Assembly (NCBI GenBank): GCA_965212015.1
Contig: OZ243037.1
Span: 1,216,001-1,280,000 of the forward strand
Direction: 5' to 3'
DNA length: 64,000 nucleotides
DNA from: Cenarchaeum sp.
Lineage (GTDB): Archaea; Thermoproteota; Nitrososphaeria; Nitrososphaerales; Nitrosopumilaceae
Shown in pieces: positions 19,260 through 29,680 of this stretch (positions are counted from its first letter, which is position 1; each line of letters starts with the position of its first letter). Both the position numbers and the translations under genes were made by a program. Below the pieces are notes generated by a model. The model searched no databases, was not told the origin of the DNA, and saw only the letters and a list, made by a program, of their open reading frames with translations.

Positions 19260-21169
19260 AGTCCGCCCACGCCGGTCTTGATTATGCTGCTCTTGCCGGC
19301 GGGCAGCACGCGGACTAGCTCGTCGATTGTGACGTGTTTTGCGGCATCGCCGGCGATTTTCAGAAACTCTGTCCTGAGCTTTTTTGCAGCGTCGGTCATC
19401 TCCATCCCCGACGGCTCTATTACCGCGTAATAGGCGCTGTTCTTTTTTATGATGTCTGGCGGGCCGCACGAGATTACACGGGCCCCGTCCTGCTCCATTA
19501 TCCCCACCCCCAGCCTCAAAGTCGGAATTTTTACATAGTTTCGCTGCCCGTCAATCGTAAAGGATCCCCTGGGAAGGTACTGGCCGCTCGGGGCGGCCTT
19601 TTTTACCTGCTCGGGGCCCACCCAGTACGCGCTCAGCCCGAACATCGACTCCCTCCACGCGCGGCTAAAGCACACCGTTGCGTGGGCCGTCTCGTTGAGG
19701 CCGGCAGGCTTGGCGTCTGCGCCGTCCTTGAGGATGAAAAACGGCGAGCCGTGTATGTCGGCATGAAAGATGACGTCGTTTTTTTCCATGTGCTTGCGTA
19801 TTATGGACGAGTTTGATGACGAGTCCCTCCCCCCTATGGCGAGGTTTCCGTCCGTGGTAAAAAACCACCTGTACCTCTCGTACCAGCTTTTCTTTCTTAC
19901 CTCCGAGAACGTGACGGTCTCTTTTTGCTTCTGCGACTTGGTCTTTAGCTCGTCGAGCTGTCTTTGCGTCTTTTTTCTCTGCCTTTCTATCTCGGGGACT
20001 GCGTGCGACTGTTTTTTTGCCTCGTCAAACAGGCCGGATGCGATTGCGTGCAGGGACGACTCTGGGTTGATCCTCACCTTTTCGCCCTGCACGCGTATCA
20101 GCGGCACGCCCTTTTCGACCGTATGATCAGAGTTGTTCTCTGCAAGCGCGCCGGCCACCCGGGAGTCCCCGAATGATGCCGCACCGCACGAGACCAGCCC
20201 GAGAAGCGACTTGGCAAGGGCAGATATCCCGCGGGATTTTTGCTGCACAATGTGCACCGCCTTGTCCTGCTCGCCAATCGTAGTCTCCAGCTCTGCTATC
20301 TTTTGCTCCGTTCCCTGCGACTGCACGGCCTTGCCGGATTCCACAATCTGCCGCGTAAACAGGTCGTCCAGTCCATCTGCAAAGCTGGAAACTGCCGTCT
20401 CTTTGCCGTCGTGCAGCAGGCCTACCGGGTACACCTCCGGGCCTCCTCCGCCGTCCACTATTACCGGGCTGTGTCTTCCGTCAGTTACGCGCGACACAAG
20501 CTCGCCTGTCGATGCGACTATTGACTTTAGGTCGTCTTCTGAGAGATCCGAGCACATTGTCCTGGTATCTATCTGCGCGTTGTGCAGGATGGTGCCGACG
20601 TACCGCGCCGGAAGCCCCAGCGTCCTGCCAAGCCACCTGTCAGACGTTATGTCCGGGACGCGGTGCGAGTCAAGCTCTGCGTGCGTTATTCCAAAGACGT
20701 CCAGATTGTTCTCAGGCGGCGGCTTGTAGGTCAGGCCGACACGGAGCTCCCTGTGCCTTACGTCCAGCGAGTGCAGCAGCGCGAGTATCTTCATGTCCTC
20801 GTTGCACAGTACCATGTTTCCGTCCCCAAAGAACTCGCCGACTAGCACGAATGCCCTGTCAAACCCCCGGAACCTCAGGTATGCGATGCGCTCTGTTCCC
20901 GGGTGCTCTATGCCCTCCAGCTTTAGCCTGAGAAGATCCTTGCGGAATCTCCTGAGAAGCTTGTTCTCCTCTATCTGCCTGATTTTGACTGAGCTGGCCC
21001 AGAGCCCAAAGGTGGAGAACATGAGCATTATGTCCGGGTTTTCGGGGTGGTGCAGCTTGAAGAGGAGGCTGTCCTTTGATATGCCGTAAATGTTGCTCAC
21101 ATAGTATCCCTTGGTGCCCTCAGACAGGCCGTTTACAAGATAACGAAGCTCGATTCCTGCTATCTTCAT
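19256..21169 (-). CDS. rqcH: NFACT/Rqc2 ribosome quality-control protein
   Basis: NFACT-N, coiled coil, WYERYRWF, GGRD, FHADIHGSP, QVKKAAPSGQYLPRGSF. Confidence 0.9.
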   Translation of the reverse strand: MKIAGIELRYLVNGLSEGTKGYYVSNIYGISKDSLLFKLHHPENPDIMLMFSTFGLWASSVKIRQIEENKLLRRFRKDLLRLKLEGIEHPGTERIAYLRFRGFDRAFVLVGEFFGDGNMVLCNEDMKILALLHSLDVRHRELRVGLTYKPPPENNLDVFGITHAELDSHRVPDITSDRWLGRTLGLPARYVGTILHNAQIDTRTMCSDLSEDDLKSIVASTGELVSRVTDGRHSPVIVDGGGGPEVYPVGLLHDGKETAVSSFADGLDDLFTRQIVESGKAVQSQGTEQKIAELETTIGEQDKAVHIVQQKSRGISALAKSLLGLVSCGAASFGDSRVAGALAENNSDHTVEKGVPLIRVQGEKVRINPESSLHAIASGLFDEAKKQSHAVPEIERQRKKTQRQLDELKTKSQKQKETVTFSEVRKKSWYERYRWFFTTDGNLAIGGRDSSSNSSIIRKHMEKNDVIFHADIHGSPFFILKDGADAKPAGLNETAHATVCFSRAWRESMFGLSAYWVGPEQVKKAAPSGQYLPRGSFTIDGQRNYVKIPTLRLGVGIMEQDGARVISCGPPDIIKKNSAYYAVIEPSGMEMTDAAKKLRTEFLKIAGDAAKHVTIDELVRVLPAGKSSIIKTGVGGL

Positions 21170-21269
21170 GCAGGGGGTGGGAGCCGTAACAATATACTCT
21201 TTTTTGTGAGCCGGGATTTGTGACCAAAGATTTTAAACAAGGCAGTTGGGAGTCAACCTAGAAATTTAA

Positions 21270-21749
21270 TTGGCCAAGCATAAAAAAAGAAAATCCCTGC
21301 CCACTCCCGATCCCGAAGAGCCCAAAAGCTCAATCTTTGAGGCAGTGGAGGGGGACCTGCCAGAGACAGAGGGCGCGGCAGGGCCGCCCAAAAAGCCCGA
21401 AAAGATCCTGTCGGATTCAGAGACTGCCAGCTATAAGAAAAAGCTGGACAAGCTGTTCTGGCTGAGAATCGGCCTGGCCCTGATAGCCGGAACCGCCGCA
21501 ACGTTTGTCTTTGAGCCCTTTGAGGGCGAGGAGCGGCGCTGGGCGTCCATCGGGTTCATGATAGTACTGTTCATGGGCACCATCATAGTGGGCAAGGCCA
21601 TGAGGATGCAGCTGCCGTCTTCTGACAGAAAAAAGCTGGTCACGCAGGGCATTGGCAGCTATGTCTTTCTCTATTTGTTCATGTGGATAGTCTCGTACAC
21701 GCTGCTAAACGTCCCCGACACGGGTGGGATTGCCCCCGTAATACCATAG
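21270..21749 (+). CDS. Conserved hypothetical membrane protein (3 TM)
   Basis: Charged N-terminus followed by three hydrophobic helices; co-oriented with the cbi genes. Confidence 0.75.
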   Translation: MAKHKKRKSLPTPDPEEPKSSIFEAVEGDLPETEGAAGPPKKPEKILSDSETASYKKKLDKLFWLRIGLALIAGTAATFVFEPFEGEERRWASIGFMIVLFMGTIIVGKAMRMQLPSSDRKKLVTQGIGSYVFLYLFMWIVSYTLLNVPDTGGIAPVIP

Positions 21750-21753
21750 AGGC

Positions 21754-22344
21754 ATGTGGGACTATAAGACTCCGGGAATTCCGGACTCTGAGTTTGAAAG
21801 ATACGACGACGTGCCGATAACAAAAGAGGAGGTGCGCGCCATACAGATAAGCAAGGCGCGGCTGAGGCCTGGCTATACCGTGTATGACATCGGATGCGGA
21901 AGCGGATCCGTCACGGTGGAGGCGGCACTGCAGGTGGAAGAGTCAGGGGCGGTGCACGCAGTGGACTTTGATCCCAGGGCCGCAGAGCTCACCAAGAAAA
22001 ACCTGGAAAAATTCGGGATAAAAAACGCGACGGTAATCTCTGGCAACGCAAAGGACGTGGTCGCGGGGCTTCCCGAGGCAGACGCGATATTCATCGGCGG
22101 CACGGGGGTGGATACGGCGGAGATCATAAAGCTGTGCGAGGACAGGCTGAAAAAAGGCGGACGCGTGGTAATCGGCATAATCCTAATTGAGACGCTGTTT
22201 GCGGTAATCAAGACGCTGGAGGGGGCGAGCTTTTCGTCAGTAGACATAACGCAGGTTACCGTATCCAAAAGCAGAAAGACGTCCACGGGAACAATGATGC
22301 TGGCCAGAAATCCCGTCACGGTAATTTCGGCGGCAAGGGATTGA
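21754..22344 (+). CDS. cbiT: Cobalt-precorrin-6B C15-methyltransferase (decarboxylating)
   Basis: PGIPD, PITKEEVR, DIGCGSGSV, MLARNPV. Confidence 0.93.
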   Translation: MWDYKTPGIPDSEFERYDDVPITKEEVRAIQISKARLRPGYTVYDIGCGSGSVTVEAALQVEESGAVHAVDFDPRAAELTKKNLEKFGIKNATVISGNAKDVVAGLPEADAIFIGGTGVDTAEIIKLCEDRLKKGGRVVIGIILIETLFAVIKTLEGASFSSVDITQVTVSKSRKTSTGTMMLARNPVTVISAARD

Positions 22345-22381
22345 GGTCTAGCTTTTAATTAGGAACGGGACTGGATTTTTC

Positions 22382-23104
22382 ATGGCCGGATTGGTTGGAA
22401 TCGGTGTGGGTCCGGGCGATCCGGAGCTGCTGACGGTAAAGGCAGTAAAGGCCATCGGCAATGCGGACGTCATAATGTGCCCCGCCTCAGGCGAGGACCG
22501 GCCCAGCATCGCGCTGTCGGTGGTATCAAAGCTGATAGACAAGTCAAAGAACCAAGAGATTACAAAGCTGATTTTTCCCATGACAAAGGATCGGGACGTG
22601 CTCGAATCCACCTGGAAGAAAAACGCGCGCATCATGGCCAAAAAGGTGCTGTCGGGAAAAAACGTGGTATACCTTACGGTGGGCGACCCGTACCTGTACA
22701 GCACCTGGATATACATGCACAGAAACATCAGCGCCAGCAACCCCGAGCTGAAGATCAGCGTCATACCGGGGATTGTGTCCATGTTTACGTTCGCCTCAAA
22801 GGTGGGCGTGAGCATTGCCGAGGGCTCAGAAAAAGTCGCCATAATCCCGTCGTGCTATGACCTTACCACCGTAAGGGAGATTGCAAAAAACGCCGAATCG
22901 CTGGTATTTCTCAAGGACGGGAGGTATTTCGACCAGGTAATCGACCTGCTGAAGGAATCTGGCTTTCCGGACGACTCTGTGTTTGCGATAGGGCAGGATC
23001 TGGGGACCGACGGGGAGATAATACGAAAGATGACGCTTGGCGAGGCGAGCACCGACGCGCTGACCTCAAAGTATTTTTCGATTCTGGTGGTAAAGCGTGC
23101 CTAG
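22382..23104 (+). CDS. cbiL: Cobalt-precorrin-2 C20-methyltransferase
   Basis: GVGPGDPELLTVKA, FPMTKD, GDPYLYST. Confidence 0.92.
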   Translation: MAGLVGIGVGPGDPELLTVKAVKAIGNADVIMCPASGEDRPSIALSVVSKLIDKSKNQEITKLIFPMTKDRDVLESTWKKNARIMAKKVLSGKNVVYLTVGDPYLYSTWIYMHRNISASNPELKISVIPGIVSMFTFASKVGVSIAEGSEKVAIIPSCYDLTTVREIAKNAESLVFLKDGRYFDQVIDLLKESGFPDDSVFAIGQDLGTDGEIIRKMTLGEASTDALTSKYFSILVVKRA

Positions 23105-23870
23105 GGTGCACTTTGTCGGATGCGGCCCTGGCGACCCGGAGCTGATAACCGTAAAGGCCAAAAAGCTGATCCAGGGGGCAGACGTGATAGTCTATTCCGG
23201 CTCGCTGATTCCAGATGCGATCCTAAGCATGTGCAAAAAGGCAAAAAGGCACGACGCGGCGGGACTCGTGCGCGAGGAGATATTCGAGCTGCTGAAAAAA
23301 AACGCCACAAAAAACAAAAAGGTGGTGCGCCTGCACGACGGGGATCCCGCAATATACGGCGCGATACGAGAACAGATGGACCTGCTCGAAAAGGAGGGCG
23401 TTGAATGTGTGGTCGTGCCCGGCGTCACGTCGTTTCTTGCGGCGTCTGCGGCGCTGGGCGCGCAGCTGACGCTGCCGGGCGTCACGCAGACCATCATAAT
23501 AACCAGGGCCGAGTCCAGGACAAGCGTTCCCAGCCGGGAAAAAATCTCCGAGCTTGCAAGGCACGGGTCGACCATGGTGTTTTATCTCAGCGTACACCTG
23601 CTGCCCGGGATAGCAAGGCAGGCGATAAAGGGCGGATACAAAAAAACAACGCCGGCCGCAGTAGTCTATCGCGCAAGCTGGCCGGACCAAAAAATTGTCA
23701 CGGGAAGCCTGGGGGACATTGCCAAAAAGACAAGGGAGCAAAAGATAACCCGCACTGCCATCATTATAATCGGCGACATTGTAAGGCCAGAGTCCTACGA
23801 GTTTTCGCGCCTCTATGACAAGACGTTCAGCCACGGCTACAGAAGGGCGAAAGTCAGGGCAAAAAGCTGA
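23097..23870 (+). CDS. cbiF: Cobalt-precorrin-4 C11-methyltransferase
   Basis: GPGDPELIT, RLHDGDP.IYGAIREQ, TQTIIITR, SRLYD..FSHGYR. Confidence 0.93.
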   Translation: MPRVHFVGCGPGDPELITVKAKKLIQGADVIVYSGSLIPDAILSMCKKAKRHDAAGLVREEIFELLKKNATKNKKVVRLHDGDPAIYGAIREQMDLLEKEGVECVVVPGVTSFLAASAALGAQLTLPGVTQTIIITRAESRTSVPSREKISELARHGSTMVFYLSVHLLPGIARQAIKGGYKKTTPAAVVYRASWPDQKIVTGSLGDIAKKTREQKITRTAIIIIGDIVRPESYEFSRLYDKTFSHGYRRAKVRAKS

Positions 23871-24606
23871 CCCTGTTGCGGATTCCGACGCCCAGCAGGA
23901 GCCTGTGGAATCTTTCGGGATCCGACGACGTGTATATGCGCAGCCTGTTTCGCCTGGATTTTGCAGTCCTTTGCACTATGGTTCTGGCAATACATTCCGC
24001 CGGATCCAGAAACCGTACGGTGGGAAACTCGTCGCGCAGGTGACGGGACAGAAACGGCAGGTGCGTGCTAGACAGGGTGGCAGTGTCGATGCCATTGTCG
24101 GCAATCGTCCTTTTCAAGAGCCTGCGAATAACTGCGGCGCATCCTGCGGGGTCGGAAAGAAACAATCCCGACTCTACCAGCTTTACGAGCGGGGATGCAT
24201 TGATGCGAAATACCGGTCCGGGGACATTCTGGCTTTTTATGAACTCTGAAAGCTCGGGGCTTTGGGCCACGGATTTTGTGGCAAGTATCGCAATGCGCCC
24301 CGTCTTTGAGGCCCCTGCCGCCAGGCGGAGCGGCGGCGTCACGCCTGCCACGTCCCCCCCGATCAGGTTTTTCAAAAGCAGCGTGGGCGTGTTTGATCCC
24401 ACTATTATGAGATCCGGCCGGAATCTCTCCCTCAGCATGGCAATGCGGCCCCTGATGATTCCGTCCAGCTGGATCCGGGTCTTGTGCCCGTATGGAAAGT
24501 TCTTCTGGTCTGCAAAATAGACAATCTCGGATTTTGTGAGCCTCCAGATGGGCCGGATTATGGACAGAGATCCCAGCCCCGAGTCAAATACGGCTATCTT
24601 GCCCAT
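23854..24606 (-). CDS. murI: Glutamate racemase-like protein with Ser at both catalytic Cys positions
   Basis: FDSGLG, FPYG, GSNT (canonical ACNT), SSTHLP (canonical GCTHYP). Confidence 0.8.
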   Translation of the reverse strand: MGKIAVFDSGLGSLSIIRPIWRLTKSEIVYFADQKNFPYGHKTRIQLDGIIRGRIAMLRERFRPDLIIVGSNTPTLLLKNLIGGDVAGVTPPLRLAAGASKTGRIAILATKSVAQSPELSEFIKSQNVPGPVFRINASPLVKLVESGLFLSDPAGCAAVIRRLLKRTIADNGIDTATLSSTHLPFLSRHLRDEFPTVRFLDPAECIARTIVQRTAKSRRNRLRIYTSSDPERFHRLLLGVGIRNRVSFLP

Positions 24607-24707
24607 GCCTGAGGATGTAGCAGCCCGTATTTTTGTTAGCTAAATTTAGTTTCAAGTCGATCTAAATACACACCTCTCATTAAGAGCAAAAACCACGACT
24701 AGCGGCC

Positions 24708-25355
24708 ATGCCAAGCTTTGATAAGACCTGGGCTCGTCAGGAGACCCAGGGCGTAACGGACAAGATCCGCGGGGCAGTCAAGCCCCAGGGCGCACTAAAG
24801 CCGCGAATTCAAAACGCAGTCAACAAGCTACAGATCCAGATCTCAAAGATGGACTCTATGCTTGGAAAGCTCAGTGAGAGGGATGCGCGGCTGTTTAAGC
24901 GAATCGTGGCTGCAATGCAGCAGCACGATACGAGTGCAAGCAGGGTTTTGTCAAACGAACTAGCCGAGATTCGCAAGGTTACGACAATGCTGAGCAACGC
25001 AAGGATGTCACTAGAACAGGTACAACTAAGGCTAACAACTATTCATGACCTCGGTGATGCAATGGTATCGATTGGTCCGGCAGTCTCCACAATGAAGGGA
25101 TTAAAGACCTCGCTGGGAAGATTCATGCCAGAGGCCGACTCGGAGTTGAACTCTATGACCCAGACACTAGGCGGACTCATGACCGAATCGCTCGCAGGGG
25201 ATTCGTTTAACATGGAGCAGGAATCCACCAACGAGGAGACAGAAAAGATCCTTCAAGAGGCCGCAGGCGTTGCAGAGCAGCAGATTGGCGACAAGTTCCC
25301 ATCTGTACCAACTCCCACCGGACTTTCGTCAGAGACTACATCCACCTACGAATAG
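24708..25355 (+). CDS. Snf7/ESCRT-III family protein (CdvB paralogue)
   Basis: Helical SNELAEIRK...LEQVQLRLTT..DLGD pattern, EKILQEAA acidic tail. Confidence 0.85.
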   Translation: MPSFDKTWARQETQGVTDKIRGAVKPQGALKPRIQNAVNKLQIQISKMDSMLGKLSERDARLFKRIVAAMQQHDTSASRVLSNELAEIRKVTTMLSNARMSLEQVQLRLTTIHDLGDAMVSIGPAVSTMKGLKTSLGRFMPEADSELNSMTQTLGGLMTESLAGDSFNMEQESTNEETEKILQEAAGVAEQQIGDKFPSVPTPTGLSSETTSTYE

Positions 25356-25370
25356 ACTGACGACTGTTCC

Positions 25371-25383
25371 CTTTTTTTGTTTT
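25371..25383 (+). terminator. Oligo-T archaeal terminator after the ESCRT-III gene
   Basis: CTTTTTTTGTTTT 16 nt after the stop codon. Confidence 0.5.
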
Positions 25384-25408
25384 ACCAGTTACTGCCAGTG
25401 GCGCGCCC

Positions 25409-26578
25409 TTATGGCCACAGTTTTTCCCTGAACGTCCACCGCTTGTTCAGGACAAAGTTCCCAAACGCCGCAGCCAGAACCGCCACTACAAGTGCGGCGG
25501 GATACGCCACAGAATAGCTCTCCACAAGCAGGTACACCATGCCCAGCTGGACTAGCGCGCCAGCAGAGCTAAACATGATGAACTTTCCGTACTGTACCGC
25601 AGTCTCCCTCGTCCGGAACGACCTGTCGCCAAACGTCCAGTATTTGTTAAGGACAAAGTTCGTGCTCATCGACGTCAGGATTCCGATCAGGTTTGCGTGC
25701 AGATACCAGAACTCGATAATGCCGCCTGCAAACAGCGTGGAGAATGCATAGTTTATGGCAAGGCCCGTGGCGCCGACCGTATAGAACCGCGCGGCCTTTG
25801 AGAGAAACTTTACGGAGGATCTGCGCTCGTTTTCTGGGGACTTTTTGCCAAAACGGTAGAGCTTCCAGACGGAATGCACGTAATCAAGTATGGTGCCCAG
25901 TCCGAGCTTGCTGCATCCCAGCTGCCTGTTCCGAAAGGTGTAGGGAATCTCCCTGACGCTGGCGCCCTTTGTCTTTACCAGGAACTCTAGCAGTATCTTG
26001 TATCCGATTCCGTCAAACTTTAGGCCGTTGATGAGCGTCTTTTTGAATGCAAAGAATCCCGACATCGGATCGTGCTGGTCCACGCCCAGGCCCCTTTTTG
26101 CAATATTGGTTGCAATCCTGCTCAGGAACTTTCTTTTCAGCGACCAGCCCTGTATCTTGCCGCCGGTGATGTACCGCGACGCGACTACTATATCGCACTG
26201 CGACTTGCGCAGCGACTCGATCATGTTGGGTATGGTGCTAGGGGGGTGTGAAAAGTCGCCGTCCATTACCACGATCGTGTCGCCGTTTGCGTGCTGTATG
26301 CCGTGCAAAATGGCCGAGCTCAGACCCTGCTTTGCCTTGCGGTGGATTATGTCAATGGTGTGGTTTGCCATCTCTTTGACGTTTTTGATATAGTCATCAA
26401 CCAGCCTTCCGGTTCCGTCAGGCGAGTTGTCATCTATTACAATTGTCTCAGTGGCGGTGTCCTTTGGCAGGTTCTCGCCTATTGATTTTAAAAAGCCGAC
26501 TATGTTTTTGGACTCGTTATAGGTGGGCACGAGGATTGATACCTGCGCCTCCCTGCATCCGTGTGGATTTCCCGCCAT
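25409..26578 (-). CDS. Polyprenol-phosphate mannosyltransferase-like GT2 fused to a GtrA domain
   Basis: VPTYNE, IDDNSPDGT, MDGDFSH, DPMSGFF; C-terminal NFVLNK.WTF GtrA repeats. Confidence 0.9.
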   Translation of the reverse strand: MAGNPHGCREAQVSILVPTYNESKNIVGFLKSIGENLPKDTATETIVIDDNSPDGTGRLVDDYIKNVKEMANHTIDIIHRKAKQGLSSAILHGIQHANGDTIVVMDGDFSHPPSTIPNMIESLRKSQCDIVVASRYITGGKIQGWSLKRKFLSRIATNIAKRGLGVDQHDPMSGFFAFKKTLINGLKFDGIGYKILLEFLVKTKGASVREIPYTFRNRQLGCSKLGLGTILDYVHSVWKLYRFGKKSPENERRSSVKFLSKAARFYTVGATGLAINYAFSTLFAGGIIEFWYLHANLIGILTSMSTNFVLNKYWTFGDRSFRTRETAVQYGKFIMFSSAGALVQLGMVYLLVESYSVAYPAALVVAVLAAAFGNFVLNKRWTFREKLWP

Positions 26579-26785
26579 ACGGCTATCTCAAAAATCAAAG
26601 GTTATTAATTTTTTAACCGAAATGTCCGGCTCAGCCGGCAGGCACGGGCGGCCCTCCGGTGCGGGGGCATTTTGCAGTAATATGCGGCAGCTGCGTGCCC
26701 CAGGCGGCAGACGCCGGCTTTTTTGCCATCGTGGCTGCAAAAACCCCGCATGCCCGAACCGGGTCGCGCCGGCAGGCCCGGGCAC

Positions 26786-27448
26786 CTAGGATCTTTTCTT
26801 TACCAGAAACAGCGCCGCCACCAGCACGCCCACTGCGGCAGTGACATAGAACGGAAAGAACGCAAACACGTTTTTGCCCGGATCGCCAGATAGCAGCTCC
26901 ACTGTCATGCTGCCAGAGTTGATCGCAGGCGGATCAGTTGAGCTCTCCATTCCAAACACGGAATACGAGCCCACTGCAAAATCCCCAATGTCCAGATTGG
27001 ACACCACTATCCGCTCTCCGTTGTTGATAGTCATGCCGGCCCTGTCCGTATAGGACACTATGGTCTTGGCCTCCGGGTGCCATCCGCGCTCCGTCTTGCT
27101 GTGGACTATCACGTACCCCTCGTCGCCGGGAATCTGCACGGCTATCCAGAATTTTTTCTCAGGTATGCTGCCCATGCCGATCTCTATGAATTTGTCCTCC
27201 TCTGTGTCGTGAATCCGGATTACTGCGTTGCCCAGCGGGTTTTCATAGACTAGATTGTTGTCTATGGTCGCCTGCCAGCTTACAGTATGCGTGTGGTTGA
27301 GGGACACCGTCGAGGAGTCGCGCCCGACTATGTTAAACTCGCCGGCGGGTATCTCTATTAGGTCGACAGTTATCGACGGGTTTTTGATCTCTTGTGCGTA
27401 TGCGGGCACCAGTACAAGGAGCGCCAGAAACACGGGTAAAAACCACAT
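26786..27448 (-). CDS. Exported membrane-anchored hypothetical protein
   Basis: Signal peptide (MWFLPV...AYA), beta-rich body, C-terminal TM + KKRS. Confidence 0.75.
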   Translation of the reverse strand: MWFLPVFLALLVLVPAYAQEIKNPSITVDLIEIPAGEFNIVGRDSSTVSLNHTHTVSWQATIDNNLVYENPLGNAVIRIHDTEEDKFIEIGMGSIPEKKFWIAVQIPGDEGYVIVHSKTERGWHPEAKTIVSYTDRAGMTINNGERIVVSNLDIGDFAVGSYSVFGMESSTDPPAINSGSMTVELLSGDPGKNVFAFFPFYVTAAVGVLVAALFLVKKRS

Positions 27449-27450
27449 GG

Positions 27451-28581
27451 CTAGTCCACAAACGGTTTTGGGTGGTTGAGGATTATCTTGGATACCTCGG
27501 GCCTCATGATGAACTCGTTGGGCGGGATCTTTTGCTGTATCTGTTCGCGAAGCTTGGTGCCGCTGATCTGCTCCCGGTCTTCTGCGGCGTGCGGGCACGC
27601 CTTGGGATTCGTATAGGTCAGGCATTTTTTGCAATAGAAAAACGCCGGGAAAAAGACCGGCTTTATCTCGAGATCCTCGTAATCCTCAAAGATCCTGTGC
27701 GCCGCAAACGGATCATAGTATTTTCCCACCCCGGCGTGATCACGGCCTATTATTATGTGCGTGCAGCCATAGTTCTGCCTCATGATGGCGTGGTGAATCG
27801 CCTCCCTGGGGCCGGCATACCTCATCTCCGTGTGCAGCGTGGCCAGCGTGCACCTGTTCTGCGGGTAATAGTGGCGTATCATGGCCTCATAGCACTGTAC
27901 GATTACCTCGTCGACGAAATCGCCGGGTTTTTTCTTGCCCACAAGCGGGTTTACAAACACCCCGTCCCTGGTGGTGATGCTGGTCTTTTGAAGCATCTCG
28001 TGTGCGACGTGGGGCGGATTCCTGGTCTGAAACGCCACTATGGTCTTCCAGTTCGCCTGCGAGAACGATTCGCGCGTCTGGGTGGGAGTCATGCGGTATT
28101 TGCGCGTGGGGGTCTCTTGCGGCCTCTGGATATAGTCTATCTTTCCGCCCACCAGATAGTCCCCCATGGACTGCGTCCTGGCGACGCCCGGATGGCCCGA
28201 ATCAGTCGTCCCATAGACCCCTTTTGCCATTTTTTCCTTCTCAAACTTGTATACGTCGTCTGCGTGGATTATTGCAATGCCGGTGCCCTGCGGATTCTGC
28301 AGCAGGACGTCAGAGTCCTTCATCCTGCCGGCGGTCTTTTCGTCCACGTCGAGCACCACCGGAATGGTCCACGCAGTCTGGTCTGCAAGCCTTCCGTGGT
28401 CCAGTACGCCCTCAAAGTCCGCCCGGCCCAAAAACCCCTCCAGCGGGCTGAATATTCCGTCTGCAATATTCTCCACGTCGTTTGCAAGGCCCTCGGAGAT
28501 CCTTACCGATTCCATCCCGGACGGATCGGTGCGGGTAAAGCGGTTGATCAGCGATCCCCCGTGCGGCCTAATTCCGGTCAT
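27451..28581 (-). CDS. sat: Sulfate adenylyltransferase
   Basis: [41 protein letters not shown]. Confidence 0.96.
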   Translation of the reverse strand: MTGIRPHGGSLINRFTRTDPSGMESVRISEGLANDVENIADGIFSPLEGFLGRADFEGVLDHGRLADQTAWTIPVVLDVDEKTAGRMKDSDVLLQNPQGTGIAIIHADDVYKFEKEKMAKGVYGTTDSGHPGVARTQSMGDYLVGGKIDYIQRPQETPTRKYRMTPTQTRESFSQANWKTIVAFQTRNPPHVAHEMLQKTSITTRDGVFVNPLVGKKKPGDFVDEVIVQCYEAMIRHYYPQNRCTLATLHTEMRYAGPREAIHHAIMRQNYGCTHIIIGRDHAGVGKYYDPFAAHRIFEDYEDLEIKPVFFPAFFYCKKCLTYTNPKACPHAAEDREQISGTKLREQIQQKIPPNEFIMRPEVSKIILNHPKPFVD

Positions 28582-29303
28582 GCCAACTCCTTGTAATCCA
28601 CGTGCATGCCGCATTCCTTGTGTCCGTCTTGCTCCCACCACCACCGTCCGGCCCTCTTGTCCTCGCCGGGTTTGACGGCCCTGGTGCAGGGGGCGCATCC
28701 GATGCTCGGGTATCCCCTGTCTAGAAGCTTGTTGTAAGGTATGTCGTTTTGTTTAATGTAATTCCACACGTCGTCCCACGTCCAGTCAACGATCGGGTTG
28801 ATCTTGAGAATCCCGCCGTGCTGTGAATCAAGCTCAAAGATCCGCGCGCCGGTCCTGTTTTCTGTCTGATCCTGGCGCAGTCCCGTAATCCACCCGTCAA
28901 GGGTTCCGAGTATTTTGTCCGTGGGATTGATCTTTCGTATCTGGCAGCAGAGCTTTCTGTTCTCGGGGCTGTCATAGAACAGATTGACTCCGCGTGTCCG
29001 TACCATCTCCTCGACTTCGTCTGCGTCAGGAAACAGGATTTCAAGTTTGATGCCGTATTTTTTTGCCGTTTCGTCCATTATGTCATAGGTCTCCTGCGGC
29101 AGCCTTCCCGTGTCAAGCGTAAAAAACCTGAATTCCGGGTTTATCTTTACCATCATGTGGGTTATGGCGGCGTCCTCTGCGCCAAAACTGGACGCCTTGG
29201 CCACGCCGGGATGCAGATTCTCAGAGGCCCATTTAATGGCCTCCTGCGCGGTGCCGAACTGTGAGTTTAGCTCGTCGACTTGGGACTGGGAGAACTTTGT
29301 CAA
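28578..29303 (-). CDS. cysH: APS/PAPS reductase (Fe-S-type Cys pattern)
   Basis: [42 protein letters not shown]; TTG start at 29303 inferred. Confidence 0.92.
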   Translation of the reverse strand: MTKFSQSQVDELNSQFGTAQEAIKWASENLHPGVAKASSFGAEDAAITHMMVKINPEFRFFTLDTGRLPQETYDIMDETAKKYGIKLEILFPDADEVEEMVRTRGVNLFYDSPENRKLCCQIRKINPTDKILGTLDGWITGLRQDQTENRTGARIFELDSQHGGILKINPIVDWTWDDVWNYIKQNDIPYNKLLDRGYPSIGCAPCTRAVKPGEDKRAGRWWWEQDGHKECGMHVDYKELA

Positions 29304-29540
29304 CGAGCCTGCTGGCCCGATTTGTTTTATATTTGATTGCAAGCGTGGTTCCACGCAAAGCATTCTTGCCGACATCCGTTCCTGCCGTCCTGCCTCCCTT
29401 ATGTTTGTGGCTGGGCGCACAAGATCTGTATTGGCCGCACACGCTGCCGCAGGCCGGACTGTTTCAGGCGGAAATATCCGCGCTGCGGGATTTTTTCTCC
29501 AGTCCGCGCATATGGAAAGGCACGTGCATGCCATTTAGAT

Positions 29541-29680
29541 AAAAAATGGCGTGATCCCTAGTTTGCAGGAACTTTGGGAGACTACCTCCCGGTTCAGGCC
29601 CACTCGTGGCGCCTGATTTCACATTTTGTCCTGCGGGATCACGCAGCTCTAGTCGATAGTAATTGGATCTATCGGCATCA
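29541..29680 (-). ncRNA. Candidate structured RNA with a 9-aa micro-ORF
   Basis: 10-bp terminal helix 29549-58/29635-44 enclosing three further helices; upstream TTAAATA and downstream T6 on the minus strand. Confidence 0.5.

Noticed and set aside
27394-28596. 400-aa plus-strand ORF, and similar long antisense ORFs (76-765, 13938-14672, 17493-18194, 51439-52218)
   Set aside because: Shadow frames opposite well-supported genes in GC-rich DNA; no recognisable motifs.
29304-29534. Long N-terminal extension of CysH in the ORF track (also those of tfb, AMMECR1, pyrE, sat, cysQ)
   Set aside because: These are upstream open frames without family similarity; downstream starts fit the family N-termini better.
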